From the NCBI GenBank assembly GCA_951406725.2, contig OX597830.1, forward strand, positions 2,604,001-2,668,000: a stretch of DNA of 64,000 nucleotides, written 5' to 3'. Shown piece by piece: positions 38,767-53,450 of the stretch; position 1 is the stretch's first letter, and each line of letters starts with the position of its first letter. Position numbers and translations under genes: made by a program. The notes below the pieces were generated by a model that was not told where the DNA came from, did no database searches, and worked only from the letters and a program-made list of their open reading frames with translations. Source of the stretch: Octopus vulgaris. Lineage: Eukaryota.

Positions 38767-39939
38767 TATACACACACATACTTATGTATTCCTTTTATTC
38801 TTTAACTTGTTTCAGTCATTAGACTGTGGCCATGCTGGAGCATGTATATATCTATGTATATATGTATGTATGTATAATGTATATATGTATGTATATTTAT
38901 CATATAATATATATTGTATACAATATACGTAATATACAGATTCCAGTTTAGAAACATATGTGTTACATATTCATACATTAGTGTAAGTACGTGTGTGTGT
39001 GCCGGTAGGTATCCACACACACACCTGCACACATGTAAAGACACAAACACAAGTAAATACACTCATTTATGTATGTATATGTTATATTAGCAATAAAAAG
39101 CAATGAGTTTTTTATAGTCAAAATATCTTTTTGTAATTAAATTTCATACTTTAGAATATTTTACATTTAATTTTTACCATCTATATTAAATATATACATT
39201 GAAGATATATTCAATGTTCTTTTCTCTTTCTGTTGAAATAGAAATGTAAAATGGAAGCAAACTAGGAGAATATGAAAGAATAAAGCTGAAAATATTTTCA
39301 ATAAAAACGGGTTTTAATTCGTCATACAGCAGCATCAGTTATGGAAATCTCTATAGAATGTGGCAGTTATTTACTTGAGAAGATCTGATTAAAATGTATT
39401 CGATAAATGTCATGATATATTATAACACTTTTTAAAACCCAACCACGTACATGTGTATATATGTGTATATATGCATAGATACACATACACTCTCTCCCCT
39501 GCACACACACACACAAAGTGTGTGCATGAGTGTGTGTGTGCATGCCCGTGTAAGCATGAGAAGAATGTGGTGTAAGCGTGTATACATCAACTGCAGGTCA
39601 CAAAGACACAGTGTATGTGTGTGTGTTTGTACAGTGTGATGGTTTTCAACTACGGTGAAGCAAGCTCTACCTCCAATCACCATCACACTCAAAGCATGTT
39701 TTTCTTAGTCTGCTAATATGAGGCATTTATTCCAACACTGCTTTATTACCAAGTTTCTTCAAATAATTTGGTACACAACATTGTCTCAAAGGACAGAAGT
39801 TGATTCTCACGAAGGCTGCGGAGATACAAGAATTTATTTCATTTTGGGAAGAATATGTATTTTCCAATCTGGTCAACAAGAATGTTTTACTTGAGTAGCT
39901 CCTACATGAGACTGAGGATTAAACCATATTCAACATGCA

Positions 39940-39978
<39 letters not shown>

Positions 39979-40329
39979 AAATATATATAATTTCCTGTAC
40001 ACCATATAAAGATAAGAGCTACATGCTCAGAGCTTGCATTGTGTTTGGAGACACAGGGCAGCTGTGGTGACACTGCCCAGACATGTGTTGCCACAGGAAG
40101 AAACTATTAATCACTTGTATCTTAATTGAACACTAATGGTGGTCACACGAGATATTGAGTTCATCTCTTTGGGTCCAGGACACTCCGTCATCATGTGACA
40201 CCATGTGATATCAAACATGTTTCAGGAAATGATGTTTTATCATTAAGAATGGTTTCTTAATTAGCACTCTTTAATCAATGCAATGGCAGTCTGTTGATAC
40301 ACTGGTTTCTGTTTAGTATCTGTGTGATG

Positions 40330-40880
40330 TTTCTTCCAAGCCTATGCATGTCTTCAGCAGTCACAGCCCATGTTTCACTGACATGTAGCTGAGCTGTTTG
40401 CACATAGGCATCATGCAGTCCACCTTTCAGCAGAAGTAGGAGCTCTCTGAACTTTTCCCAGGCTGTTCCTATTCTAGAAGCTATGCTCTCAGAGCATCCA
40501 CCCCCACTACAGACTTGGTCACTTAGGTTATGGAAGCTATCAACTACTTCTAGCTTCTTCCCCCTGGAATGTCATGGAATCTGTTTTCTGTACACCTTTG
40601 GTGTTTTTTGCACCTGCCACACACAAAAGCTATCTTTCCAGTTAACCTTCCTTTGATATTGCTGACAAACACCTTTCTAGCATGGTTGATGCCAGTGCTG
40701 CCTGATTGACTCCCATACCAGTACCATGTGAAAAGCATCCACTACACTCTTCGAGTGGTTGGCATTAGAAAGGGCACCCAGCTGTAGAAATCTTGCCAAA
40801 TCAGAGTGGAGCTTGATGCAGCTTTCTGGCTTGCCAGTCCTCAGTCAAACCATCCAACCCATGCTAGTAGGTGATAATGA
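40330..40880. mobile_element. RTE fragments: coding remnant on - (40330-40670) abutting 3'UTR remnant on + (40680-40880)
   Basis: NIKGRLTGKIAFVCGRC..LEVVDSF..; ttagaaagggcacccagctgtagaaa..ccaacccatgctag. Confidence 0.65.
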
Positions 40881-40955
40881 GGATGTATATGTGAGTGTGT
40901 TTGTATGTGTGTGTCTATATATATGTATGTGTGTGTGTATGTGTATAAATGTATC

Positions 40956-41000
<45 letters not shown>

Positions 41001-41005
41001 GTATC

Positions 41006-41049
<44 letters not shown>

Positions 41050-43481
41050 CATACACATATTTATACATATATATATATATATAAATATATATATACACAC
41101 ACACACATACACACACACACACACACATATCATCTCAAACAAAGAATCCAGCATAAAAGGTCTGATTCCTCTTCTCCCTGTAGCATAAAACCTTATCCGA
41201 ATACCAGAAGCTTCCTAATAAAAAGTATGAGAGAGAAAGGCAAGTTAAAGACAAAGGAAATGTTATTTGTAAACCCAGAGAACTAGAAGCAGGTGAGATA
41301 GAGATTTGTGTGTGACATGATATTATTCTATCTCAGGTAAGTTTCTTTGGAATTTTGGTATCTATTCTTGAGAGCAAGGTGAGCTGATGTGTGTCGAATA
41401 AACTGTCTGGTTTAATGGGACAATGAAGAAAGGCTGCAATGGATTTGAATTTCTGAACCGTATGCTGCTGTTAGCTTTATTTCTATGTGACTTGCTTGAC
41501 TATTTCACTTTTATCATTGGAGAATAAAAAAAACAGTACAGAAGCAGTAGGAAAGGAAATACGCAAGCATTGAAGAAGTAAAGTAGAAGATAACAAATGA
41601 GGAACAGAGAAGAAAGTGTGAAGGTTAGGAAGGGAAGAAAGAAAGCTGACAGTAAGAAATGATATGAAATAATACCTAAAACAATCAGAGGTGGATTGGA
41701 GAAAGAAGTAGTTGTGGCCATGGCTTTCAAAAAAGAAAAATTAAGAAAAAAGATAAGAGAAATCTGGAAAGGCAAACTAGAAAAGTATGTTGAGGTAAAG
41801 TTAGAAAAGGAAATCAAATAGAACAAAATAATCCAACCTGAAGATGAGAATAGATAAAACATAAGAGTTTTGGAAATATAGGATGTGCAAAGCGAAAATG
41901 ATGGTGCAGTAGACTAGAGAATATGGTATTTTGGATCAAAGAACTTAGAAAATGTGGTTGGATTATAAAAGACAAGGAAGTTTAAGATGAAGTGTGAGAG
42001 AAATATGGCATGAATGTAAATGGGGTAAGTCAGAAATATCAATAAGAAACAATAAAAGAGAAAGCTATAAATAAAATTCTTTAGACCATTTTATTAAAGA
42101 ATACCTACCAAATTTCATTCTAGCAGACAAGAGCAAGAATACTTGCTCAGCAATTCAAGTTTTCAACTCAAAATGATTCCATTGTTGGTTAAAGGTGTGG
42201 CTGTGTGAGTGAGGCATTTGTTTACAATATTATGACACCAAATATGAACCCTTTGTACAGCATCTAAAGAAAATATTGTCTGCCATTTACCAATTCTTAT
42301 TGAAGGAAATTTAGTAGATGAAAAATGTAAGGGGATTGTCAGATACACATATTTATCTTTGCGTGTGTATGTTTCTCTGTGTGTGTGTCAGTTTATAAGT
42401 GTTTATAGGTGTACATACGAAAGAAAGAAGCACTTATCACAAACCATTGAGTTCATAATTATTTGTATAATCAGCTGACTTGAAAAAGCAAAATCCCTCC
42501 TACCATTTGCATGCTGGATTCTCAGTGAGAAGGGTCTCAAAGCTTCTAGATAAAGGCTGGTTGTCATTGGATAATGGATAAGCTCATTCTCGTTGGCTGT
42601 TGTAAAATTACTTTGTATAATTAGCGGCAGTTGACGACCACTGAATACTAACGGTTAAGGGCTACTCCTGACCTTTGTGTGTGACACCTACTGACCTGTA
42701 ATGGACTGCTTCTATCTGAGAATGAACATCAGCATGGTGAACAGAAGCATTCCACTTCTGTGAAATATCTGAGATTCAGTAGAATTCATGTGTCATCAAC
42801 AATTTATGGAAGGTGTTAAAATCCAATGAACTGCCTTTATTCCTGCTGGTAGCAGCTGGATGTTATTTTTGTCCACATGTAACAGGAAAGAGGAACTGTA
42901 GAAAACTGTACACATTGCAACAACCAGTCATACCTCTTTACAAGAAAGTTGAAGCATGTCTTTTTGCTACCAAACTGTAGTGTGTACAGCTCTCTACTGG
43001 TTGATCACAGTATCCCTATGTTTTAGCCAACGGCTTTCATTCACATGAGAACTTAATCATCTTCCTACTGTTCAGAATGAAATTAATTGCAATTCCTTTG
43101 CTATTAACACATTCCATAAAGTTTTACTGATATTTTCCTCAACTTTACTTCTACAATCTCCCATATACTTTACTGAAATATTTTACACTGGAATTTCTAA
43201 CCAGAACAAGGAAATTTGCTATTGTCAATTGCCCTCTCAACAGCCTCTTCATATTTGTAGCAATACCCTGCCCCACCAATAATATTCAGTAACTTTCAAC
43301 AGTCATTGACTCCACACATGATCTGAGCTATCCAATGAGAATGCACCTCACTCCTCAATCTATCATGGCCTTGTTGAGAAGAAGTGAGAGCTTTGTCATT
43401 CACAATCAAACATTTGAATGATCAAACAGGTTTTCTTAGTCCAGTAGATGTCAAATTTAGGCAATTCTAAGTCAGCTGTTA

Positions 43482-43540
<59 letters not shown>

Positions 43541-43814
43541 TGATGCACACATGCACACACACACACATGCATGCACACACAAACACATGCTCATGCACGT
43601 ACACACACAAACACACACACACATGCACACATATGCACACATGCACACACACTGCTAGATTAGACTGGAGCCTGGTGCAGCCTCCTGGCTTCCCAGACCC
43701 CGGTCTAACCATCCAACCCATGCTAGCATGGAAAACAGATGTTAAATGATGATGATATATATATATAAATATATATGTGTATATATATATATAGAGAGAG
43801 AGAGAAAGAGAAAG

Positions 43815-43845
<31 letters not shown>

Positions 43846-44053
43846 CACACATACATATATACACAAATATATACACCCATATATATATGTAAATATATAT
43901 CTATATCTCTCTCTATATATAAAACATATATATTGCATATATATTTAGAATAATAAAGGTAGTCAGAATGTTGGATAATTACATAATTTTTTAATTTATT
44001 TACAACTTATTTACATTTTCAGCACTTTCTTCCATTACTGGATTCATCAAAAA

Positions 44054-44690
44054 ATGGTTCCAAGTGTTATGCATACAAAATTTCTTGCAACTGTCATCGT
44101 TTTAGAGATTATCTGCAATGAAAGACATGTGATGCCCCCTTACTTCTTTCCACAAGGCATTACAGTTAATTCTGCCACCTACATTGACGTCCTGGAAATA
44201 ATTGTTAAGCCCTGGATAGACAGTGTATGCAGTAGAAAGCCACATGTGTTTCAGTAAGACTCTGCACTATCAAACATGGCTCTAGTAACACAGGAATGAA
44301 TGGCTGAAAATTTTCATGATCACATAACCCCTAACATTTGGCCTCCTAATTCCCCAGATCTCAACCCATTGGACTATTACATGTGGAGCGGTGTTGAGAG
44401 AGAGAGGTCAATGAACACGTCCATAACACCAAAGATTCTATGAAAGCTGCCATAGTCAGAGTGATGTCCAAAAGGAACCAGGGCCACTTGATTCGAGCAT
44501 GTCAATGATTTAGGTCTCATATAGAAGCATTTGTTGAAGCTGAAGGAGGCTTTATGGAATAGCATTATAGAAAAGAACGTTTATTGTTATCCCCATAGAA
44601 TTTTTTGATAAAGTTATGATCTGTAATTATAAGTCTGTTTTTTTTTTTTTATAAACATAAATCTGTCCTCAAATATCTTATGTGCCCTGT
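44054..44690 (+). pseudogene. DD37D (maT) Tc1/mariner transposase relic with right end (..gtgccctg-TA)
   Basis: FQ*DSALSNMALVTQE*MAENFHDHITPNIWPPNSPDLNPLDYY; 37 residues between the 2nd and 3rd catalytic Asp. Confidence 0.85.
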
Positions 44691-44857
44691 ATATATATAT
44701 ACACACATACAAACACATATTTCACTAAAAGTTCCCCTAAAAATAATAATAATAATAATAATAATGAGGATGTGATTCACGTTACACAAGAAACACAACA
44801 ATAAATAGAAATGAAAGCAAAGCAAGTTCAGAAATCAATTGTCAAATGCATCAGCAA

Positions 44858-44915
<58 letters not shown>

Positions 44916-46323
44916 TTGTTTGTCTCTCTCTCTTTCTCTCTATATGTGTATATATATATGTGTGTGTGTGTGTATATATATTTATATATACATCCTGTGC
45001 CCACATATGCATATATATACACATATAGATGTAAGCATGTACATATACGTATATATATGTGCATATATATATGCATATATATATATATATATACATAGAT
45101 ACATGCATTTATATAGAGAGTGACACATACATAGGTGTGTTTATGTATGTATGTTTACATGTATGTATATATATATATATATATACATACAGTTAAGTAG
45201 AAACATTACTGCTCTATGCTTTAGAGTGTGTTTCTGTTACAGATATATGATACACTGACAATATACAAACATACATACATATGTATGTCCGTCCGTACGT
45301 GTGTATGCGTGAATGTATGGCTGCATGTATATCAATCATTAGGATTATCTCTGATCTGTTTTCCAGCTCTAATGAAGTATGCTGTTCCTATTCATTTTCT
45401 TTTACTTTCTCTCTCTTTTGCCAGACATCTGCAGTATCTTGGAATCAATAAAATCAATAAGGAATCGAAAGATCCACTTCCTCGAATCCTGTATTTGCAA
45501 CAGAACTGCAACTAGTGTTGCTGCTGCAAATGGCAGATCTTCATGTATTTCTTACTGCTATACCAAGCTCTACCATTTCTTTATGGAACCTTTGTCAAAG
45601 GATGCAGAACACCACACATGGCTGTCTTCATGGTCTTCAAGAGTTGCAGGCAGAATAGAGGGATTTATCTTCATCCAAGAGATTCCTGTGACACTGAGAC
45701 TTTTCTTGATCCTTTGCATTCAAAACCACTTGAATCTGTTCTTGGTATTATGATGGATATTATGACATAAATTCTTTGTTATTTTCAAAATTAATTTAAA
45801 TGATGGCAGCATATTCTAACTGAAATAGGGGCTGGTAAGCCAGAGAGCCTGTTACAGCTCTCCAGCTTACCATTCCCAGTCAAATTGGCTAGCCCATACC
45901 ATGCCAGTATGGAAAACAGATGCCAAAATGCTGATGATAACAACAAAAGTTTAAGGCCTTAAAGGGAATTGGAATAATTCTATCGCTTAATTCTATCAGA
46001 ATGGAGTAGTTTTACCATTTAATCATAGAAACAGTCTCTTTAATAAATTCCACAGTTTGTGTCTACCAAACTTTTCTGGAAAACGCTTTGGGTTATATGT
46101 AAGACTCTTGCAGAAGACACATCCAGAATAATGTGCAGTGGGACTGAACCTGACATCTATCTGTATACAGCTGCAATGAAATGCACTTCTTATCCACACA
46201 GCTGTGATTGTTACCATTATTATTGCATTTTATTTCATGGTGACTAAACTTTGTTGGAACTCTCTCTCCCCCCCTACTCTTTCTCTCTGTCTCCTTGTCT
46301 CTTCCCTCTGTCTCCTTGTCTCT

Positions 46324-46359
<36 letters not shown>

Positions 46360-46624
46360 AATATCAGTAAAACCTTTCGTATAATATACAAGTTGAATTA
46401 TTCTGATGATTTGCTAGATGTGTGTGCTTTGCATGTGAATCTCTGTTTGCCTGAGTAACATCTTCAGACAAGAAACAAACTGATTGATCTTTAAATTGAC
46501 AACATGGACATCAGAGGAGATAAAAGAAATGTATTCTGGATTTCACCTGTGCCATTATTGCTGATTCGTTATGGCATGTAAACAGGTGGGTGTATATCAC
46601 CCTGAGCTGCAGGTTCCAGTTTCT

Positions 46625-46672
<48 letters not shown>

Positions 46673-48759
46673 CACACACATACACACACATATACGCACA
46701 TACACACACATATACAGACACATACATATTCAGGCATGCATATACACAGACATGCATGCATACACACATACATACACACACATATATCCACTCATACACA
46801 CACACGTACACACATACATACAAACACATGCACATACAGTCACACAAGTATTGGCTCATCAGCAATCGTAAACAAACAAACAAACAAAAAGAAAGTCTAC
46901 TGAAAGTTCTCAGAGTTTGAAAGAGAAAAATAATGGTTTTATAAACGTAGAGATATTGTTGCAAGAATATAGAGAATATATCAAACAATGCCTGACGAGC
47001 AGAGAGAGGGGGAGATAAAGAGAGAGCGAGTGAGGGTGAGAGAAAGGAAGGGGGAGGGAGTTGATTCGACAGATACAAAGAGATAGGGAGAATGAGAGGG
47101 GTGGTGAGAGATAAAGACAAGTACATAAGTGTACAGAAGCTAATACAGAGGTAGTGAAAGAGAGGAAGAACAGAAGAGAAAAGTAGATAGAGACAGAGAT
47201 AAAGAGGGAGAGAGAGAGGGGAGCCAGAAAGCTTCTGGTTCCTGGTAAATATGGTGGAGAGTTGACAGCCGAGGTCCGTGCTGAAGGTCCTTACTGCTAT
47301 TCGAAAAGTTTATGACTAATGTTAACCAGCATCCATCGTTTCAAGAATTATGTTCTGGTAGAAAACATCAAATATTCACAACAGATCAATAATAATTAAA
47401 GAAATACAAAATATCTCGATATTTATTGATCATTTAGTTACACTTGTTAAACCAATGATGTAATTTCTGTGTGGCTTCTCAGCCATCAAGAAACAATAGC
47501 AAAACTGCCCTCATTTGATCCACTAGAATGGGGCAGATATATTGGATGGAAAGATTCCATACACCCCAAACTGAAAAATGGAATCAGATGGAATACTTGA
47601 AGATTACAGGTTACTGACCATAGGTTTAATTGGTCAGGCTTGTCCTGGGGCTAAACAACAGCCCCTTAAAGAATGATATCAAGACAAAATAAATAAGCAC
47701 ATAAAACATCTAATACCAAAAAAGAAAGCAAAATAAAATACTTTTTAGTTTAATCCACAGTTTTATTCATAAGTATCCAATGCAGGAGCTTAAAAAACAA
47801 ACGCTTCCCCGATCATAAACCTCATTGATTAAGTAATAATCACAAACTCAGTAGATTCAATGATTAATAACATTAAACACTAACCAATTGTTACTTATAA
47901 AATTTATCAAAACCAAACAAATAATTTAGATCCATCCACACCAATCGACAGGATTTGTATCTTGGTTCTGAAGAGTCACCAATATTTTCAATGATGGATC
48001 CATTCTAAGTATTTTACCTTTTTATTATTTCAGTTCAGTAAAATGAAATATGGTCAAGAATGTTGGGAGTTTCTCGAAGGACATGTGGAGAGTGTGATAG
48101 CTAGAGTTAGAACAGGTTAGAGGAAATTCAGAGGTCTGGACCCTCTGTTGACTATGAAAGGTTTTTCTCTGAGTGAAAGAAATGATGATGATGATGATGA
48201 TATATATATGTATATCTACATTTAGCAGAACTAAGAGTATGACTCAAAGTTCAAGGGTTTCATGCATTAGCCCTTGAGTGCCATTGCGCAAAACTCTCGG
48301 ACCTTGACTCATTCTGTTACTTCTGCTAAATATTTAAAAAATGTATGCATATACTCATATTTTGAGTTCTATTTTACCTGTTTGCACCGACATACCTGTG
48401 CATGTGTTTGTGTGTGCGTGTTTGTGTTTGACCCCCCACCCAACTGCTTGAGAACCTGTGTCCCCATTACTTAGCAGTTCAGCAAAAGAAACCATAAGAA
48501 AGCATAAATAAGTTCTGAGCGTGATTCGTTTGGCTAAGGGATTCTCCAAGGCAGTTCCCCAGCATGGCAGCAGTCACATGACTGAAACATCTCAAAGGAA
48601 AGTTTCTATTTATAGTTTAATACTTTACATAATCATGGAGAGTATCTGTTAAAGACAGTGGTAAAGGCATGATTTTCCATCAGTTGTTATAGCCACATAA
48701 GATATTGTCTTCTATTTTGAGTCAAGGTTTCTATTGCTTAAAAGATATATTGTCATCAG

Positions 48760-48969
48760 TGGCAAGCTACCAGAATCGTTAGTGCACTGGACAAAATGCT
48801 TAGCGGTATTACATCCTTCACTATGTTCTGAGTACAAATTCTGCTGAGGTTGACTTTGCCTTTCATCCTTTCAGGGTTGATAAATTAAGTACCAGTTACG
48901 CACTGGGGTCAATGTAATTGATTATCTCCTCCCCCAAATTTCAGGCCTTGTGCCTATAATAGAAAGGAT
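48760..48969 (+). mobile_element. SINE family B
   Basis: gactttgcctttcatcctttcagggttgataaattaagtaccag..caggccttgtgcct. Confidence 0.8.
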
Positions 48970-50140
48970 TATTTATCTGTATTTGATATGAAAGGTTATC
49001 AGAATATCAGTGTAATGGGAACTATTGAGATTTTGGGTATGAATTTATGGGACTTAAATCTAAATATTCACCAATGGGTATTTTCCGAGTACAGGATCTT
49101 GCATCTGTTGATGATGAACAGTAACTCTCTTTCCCTGAGTTAGATTATCCCATATAATCTCCATTACATCCATTATACTTAATAACATAAATTTAAAATT
49201 TTATGCAGAGATGAAATGGCTCTTTAGGTAAATATATACACTCATTTAAAATCATACATTGTGCATTCAATAAAATTAAAAGCAGATTCTGCAAATGAGA
49301 TGATCGTGATACTTTTTACAGTTGAAGTGATACATTAAGCAGGTAATTTGGTGGTGGTAAGTAATTTCTTTCAGTATTTTGGTAGTCTTTTACTTTTAAA
49401 GGTATGCCATTTTCAGTCGTGGGTTTTGCAACAAAATGGGAAATTCTGATAATGTTATGTGTTTCCATATTACTTAGGTCATATGCTGAAATATAAGGTG
49501 GAAAATTCAGATTAACTGAAATGTCATCTGTCATTTGCAATTCTCGAATAGCTATCACTATAGCATGTTCTTATAGAATGGAACAGAAATTATGGAGAAG
49601 ATTCTGCTACAATATAATATAAGATGTCGAATCTTCGGGGTCAGATAAGCAAGCAAATAACAGGGAAAAACAAAATTCATGGCCAGCTTGTCAGCAGTTT
49701 CCTCTGATTATATGGTTATTTGCAAGGAATGTGATTCAGTTTTGAAATCTAAATCCGGTTTTATGTTTCACCTGAGAAGCAAACACTAGAAAAATGACTG
49801 ATCAGTTGCACACTCATGCATTTGAAATTTGGTTGAGTCAGACTCTTTCTACACTGAGTTGCATCTGTGAGTGCACAGGGCGTCTGGACGAGTTATGACA
49901 AGCCTGTTCATCAAGAGTCAAAACTCAGAGTAGCATGAGATTGATGAGACCCAAATGATATATTGCTAATTCTAACTGTCGTGTTGAGGACTTTTTCTTT
50001 TCTGAGATTCAGAACAAAAGTCTTATACATACATATACACACACACATACATACATACATATATGCATATGTGTGTGTGTGTGTGTGTATAGTTCTTGTA
50101 TACATATATAAATACAGATAAATATAAGTATGTATCAGCA

Positions 50141-50180
<40 letters not shown>

Positions 50181-50183
50181 CAT

Positions 50184-50217
<34 letters not shown>

Positions 50218-50272
50218 ATATATATATATATATACATGTATACACACATATATTTATATACATATATATATA

Positions 50273-50306
<34 letters not shown>

Positions 50307-50724
50307 AATATGTATGTATACATAGCTACCTACATACATAATATATCCATGCACACATACAGTCATACATATTCACAAAAACATTATATAATTTCAACAA
50401 TAATGCCACTCAGGAAAAGTTAGAAGTAAAAAGAAATAAAAGATGAATGAAGAAAAAAATTCTTTCTAAAAAGAAATCCTAGGAATTGGTAAATACCGAA
50501 ACTGAAAAATAATAAATATATGATTCCACCATTTTCTCGGCCAAATAATTTGTCATGAATCATGAAAAAAAAAAAACCAGTTATTTTCGAAAAGCAGTCG
50601 GAAATCAGGTTCTATTGTTCTCGGTTTCCTACACAAACGGATCTCTTTGATTTTTATCACTGTTAGACAACACTGAAACATTACCATTGATTGAACAGTG
50701 GGTTTTTTTTTTACATGGTATATA

Positions 50725-50765
<41 letters not shown>

Positions 50766-51106
50766 ATGTATGTATATATGTATATACGTGTGTGTATTTG
50801 TGTATATAAATATATATATAAGTGTGTGTGTATATATATATATATGTGTGTGTATATATATATATACACACATACACACATATATATATACATATATATA
50901 TGTACAATGTATGTATATATGTATATATATGTGTGTGTGTATATGTATATGTGTGTATACATGTGTGTGCATTTTCATATATAACTGAATATATAAGTAT
51001 ATATATACATACACATATATATATATACATATTTTATATATATATATATACATATGCATGTACATACAAACACATATGTATATATATGTATATATATATA
51101 TACATA

Positions 51107-51508
51107 GGCACAGGAGTGGCTGTGTGGTAAGTAGCTTGCTAACCAATCACATGGTTCCGGGTTCAGTCCCACTGCATGGCATCTTGGGCATGTGTCTTCT
51201 GCTATAGCCCCGGGCTGACCAATGCCTTGTGAGTGGATTTGGTAGACGGAAACTGAAAGAAGCCTGTCGTATATATGTATATATATGTTTGTGTGTCTGT
51301 GTTTGTCCCCCTAGCATTGCTTGACAACCAATGCTGGTGTGTTTATGTTCCCGTCACTTAGCGGTTCGGCAAAAAGAGACCGATAGAATAAGTGCTGGGC
51401 TTACAAAAACAATAAGTCCCGGGGTCGATTTGCTCGACTAAAGGTGGTCCTCCAGTATGGCCGCAGTCAATTGACTGAAACAAGTAAAAGAGTAAAGAGT
51501 AAAAGAGT
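51107..51508 (+). mobile_element. SINE family A, full length
   Basis: Near-identical to 27613-28016; tRNA-like A/B boxes; (gtaaaaga)n tail. Confidence 0.9.
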
Positions 51509-51540
51509 ATATACATAAACATTCATGTACATACATACAC

Positions 51541-51573
<33 letters not shown>

Positions 51574-51579
<6 letters not shown>

Positions 51580-51923
51580 TAAATGAAGGAATGGAGTCCA
51601 ACGACGATTTAACAAAATTCCTTTATTCTTGACATATGTTTCGAAGACTGCATATTCTTAATTCTGAAGGAATAAAGGGTGCATTATGCCGTCTTCTCAT
51701 CAGGAAAGACAAGGAACTTATGTCAGCATCATGACGAACAAAAACTTTTAGATGACTGCATTCTTTCATTTATCTATAGTAAAAAAACACACAAATTTCC
51801 ACACGAAAGCACGTGATTTCTGCCCTTGGCATGTAGCTTCAACCGTGCTTTCTGACATAAATTTGCTACCCGGGTATCGGTTAACCGAATTATTCATACT
51901 AGGATAATTCATTCAACTACTTA

Positions 51924-51926
<3 letters not shown>
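51574..51926 (+). mobile_element. Short PLE-type insertion: inverted HHR segment + 20-bp sense arm + ~150-bp tail related to 4402-4552
   Basis: Inverted repeat 51574-51593/51759-51778; tail motif tttgctacc..ggtatcggttaa shared with 4484-4506; (TA)n flanks. Confidence 0.8.
51612..51723 (-). ncRNA. Type I hammerhead ribozyme
   Basis: CTGATGA (51703-51697)-GAAGAC.GCAT..ATGC.GTCTTC-GAAA-C-ATAT-G-TC; distal stem I gttcctt/aaggaat, proximal stem I imperfect. Confidence 0.78.
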
Positions 51927-51960
<34 letters not shown>

Positions 51961-51965
<5 letters not shown>

Positions 51966-52112
51966 CGTTAGGAAGGGCATCCAGCTGTAGAAACATTGCC
52001 AGATTAGACTGGAGCCTGGTGCAGCCTTCTGGCTTCCCAGAAACCCGGTCGAACCGTCCAACCCATGCTAGCATGGAGAACGAACGTTAAACGATGATGA
52101 TGATGATGATGA
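51961..52112 (+). mobile_element. RTE 3' terminal fragment with (GAT)n tail
   Basis: ttggcgttaggaagggcatccagctgtagaaac..ccaacccatgctagcatgg..gttaaacgatgatgat. Confidence 0.8.
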
Positions 52113-52184
52113 TATATATATATATATACATACACATTCATGTACATACATACATATATGTATATACATACATACATACATACA

Positions 52185-52217
<33 letters not shown>

Positions 52218-52697
52218 GCAGACATCCAGGGTGGTGCAAAAGTAGGCTTACAGTTGCATAGTTGTAAACCTATATATATATATATTTATTACATATAGGT
52301 GCAGGCATGACTGTGCAGTTGCTTCTCAACCATATGGTTCCAGGTTCAGTCCCACTGTGTTACACCTGTGGCAAGTTCCTTCCACTATAGCCTCAGAGCT
52401 ACCAAATCCTTTGGAGAGGATTTGGGAGACATAAACTGAAAGAAGCCCATCGTACATATATATATATATAAATGTGTGTGTGTGTTTAAAAATAGGATAA
52501 AATCTTTACAAGAAATTATTAAGTGGTTAGCGTGAAAAACTTCATAAGGGAAAAATTTATTAATTTTTCCCTTTAAATATATTTATATTTAGGGCATTAC
52601 TATACATAAATGCCTCATGCTAGGAGGGACTCTTAAAGTCAAAACTCCCATAAAAATTTTTTTTAAATACATACATACGTATATATATATATATATA

Positions 52698-53404
52698 TAA
52701 TATAATAAAAGTGTAAATAATTTTTTTTATGGTTTTTCAGACAACCAACAATTATTTACCGGTAGATTTCAGTATGTAAATATGACCTTTAGCGTCGGGA
52801 ACTTCTTTAGAGTGCAGTATATATAATAAATATAAGTAAAAGGGCAAGCAACAGGTTGCTCTACCGCATACTGAAAGAATTAGAAATGGCAGTCGGAGAC
52901 TATTTATTTCCATTTTCTACAAGTAGGGGCCCCATATACGACATAACCCTGCGATTCACATACGCAAAATTGGAGTAGTAAATAAACGAAAACAATGCCT
53001 TACCGTTAATGGTGAACATGTTTCTAGATCGTAGGCGAGAAATTGCCTAAAGTCTTTCTTCAGCACCATCTTCGTTAGATTTATCAAATGCCACCAGCCT
53101 CCACCTTTGACCAGGCGTCATCAAATAGTGGGGGGAAGGTGAACATAGGCTAAAACTAAGTAGACGATTGAATCTGTAAATTTTCCCTCCAAAATTCTGC
53201 CATGCGCACCACCGGGATATTCATAATGGAGTAAGAAATCCAATTAGTAATATAATAATAAGGGTAAATAATTTTTTCGATGGTTTTTCAGACAACCAAC
53301 AATTATTTACCGGTAGATTTCGGTATGTAAATATGACTTTTAGCGTCGGGAACTTCTATTTCGGTATGCGGTAGAGCAACCTGTTGCCTGCCCTTTTACT
53401 TATA

Positions 53405-53405
<1 letters not shown>
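52698..53405 (-). mobile_element. Non-coding PLE-type insertion: inverted arm + tail copy + HHR-bearing pLTR + tail
   Basis: Direct repeats ~52698-52807/53248-53357; inverted repeats ~52830-52876/53359-53404; HHR inside; (TA)n flanks. Confidence 0.75.
53009..53069 (-). ncRNA. Minimal type I hammerhead motif
   Basis: atggtg-CTGAAGA-aagac..taggc/gccta..tcta-GAAA-CATG-TT-caccat; base of stem II imperfect. Confidence 0.65.

Positions 53406-53450
<45 letters not shown>

Noticed and set aside
46538-46590. Imperfect hairpin (cacctgt..acaggtg) as a pre-miRNA
   Set aside because: Short stem with large bulges; no recognised mature miRNA
50023-51172. Numerous YI/HT/CV-rich ORFs here and throughout the window
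   Set aside because: Translations of (TA)n/(CA)n microsatellites
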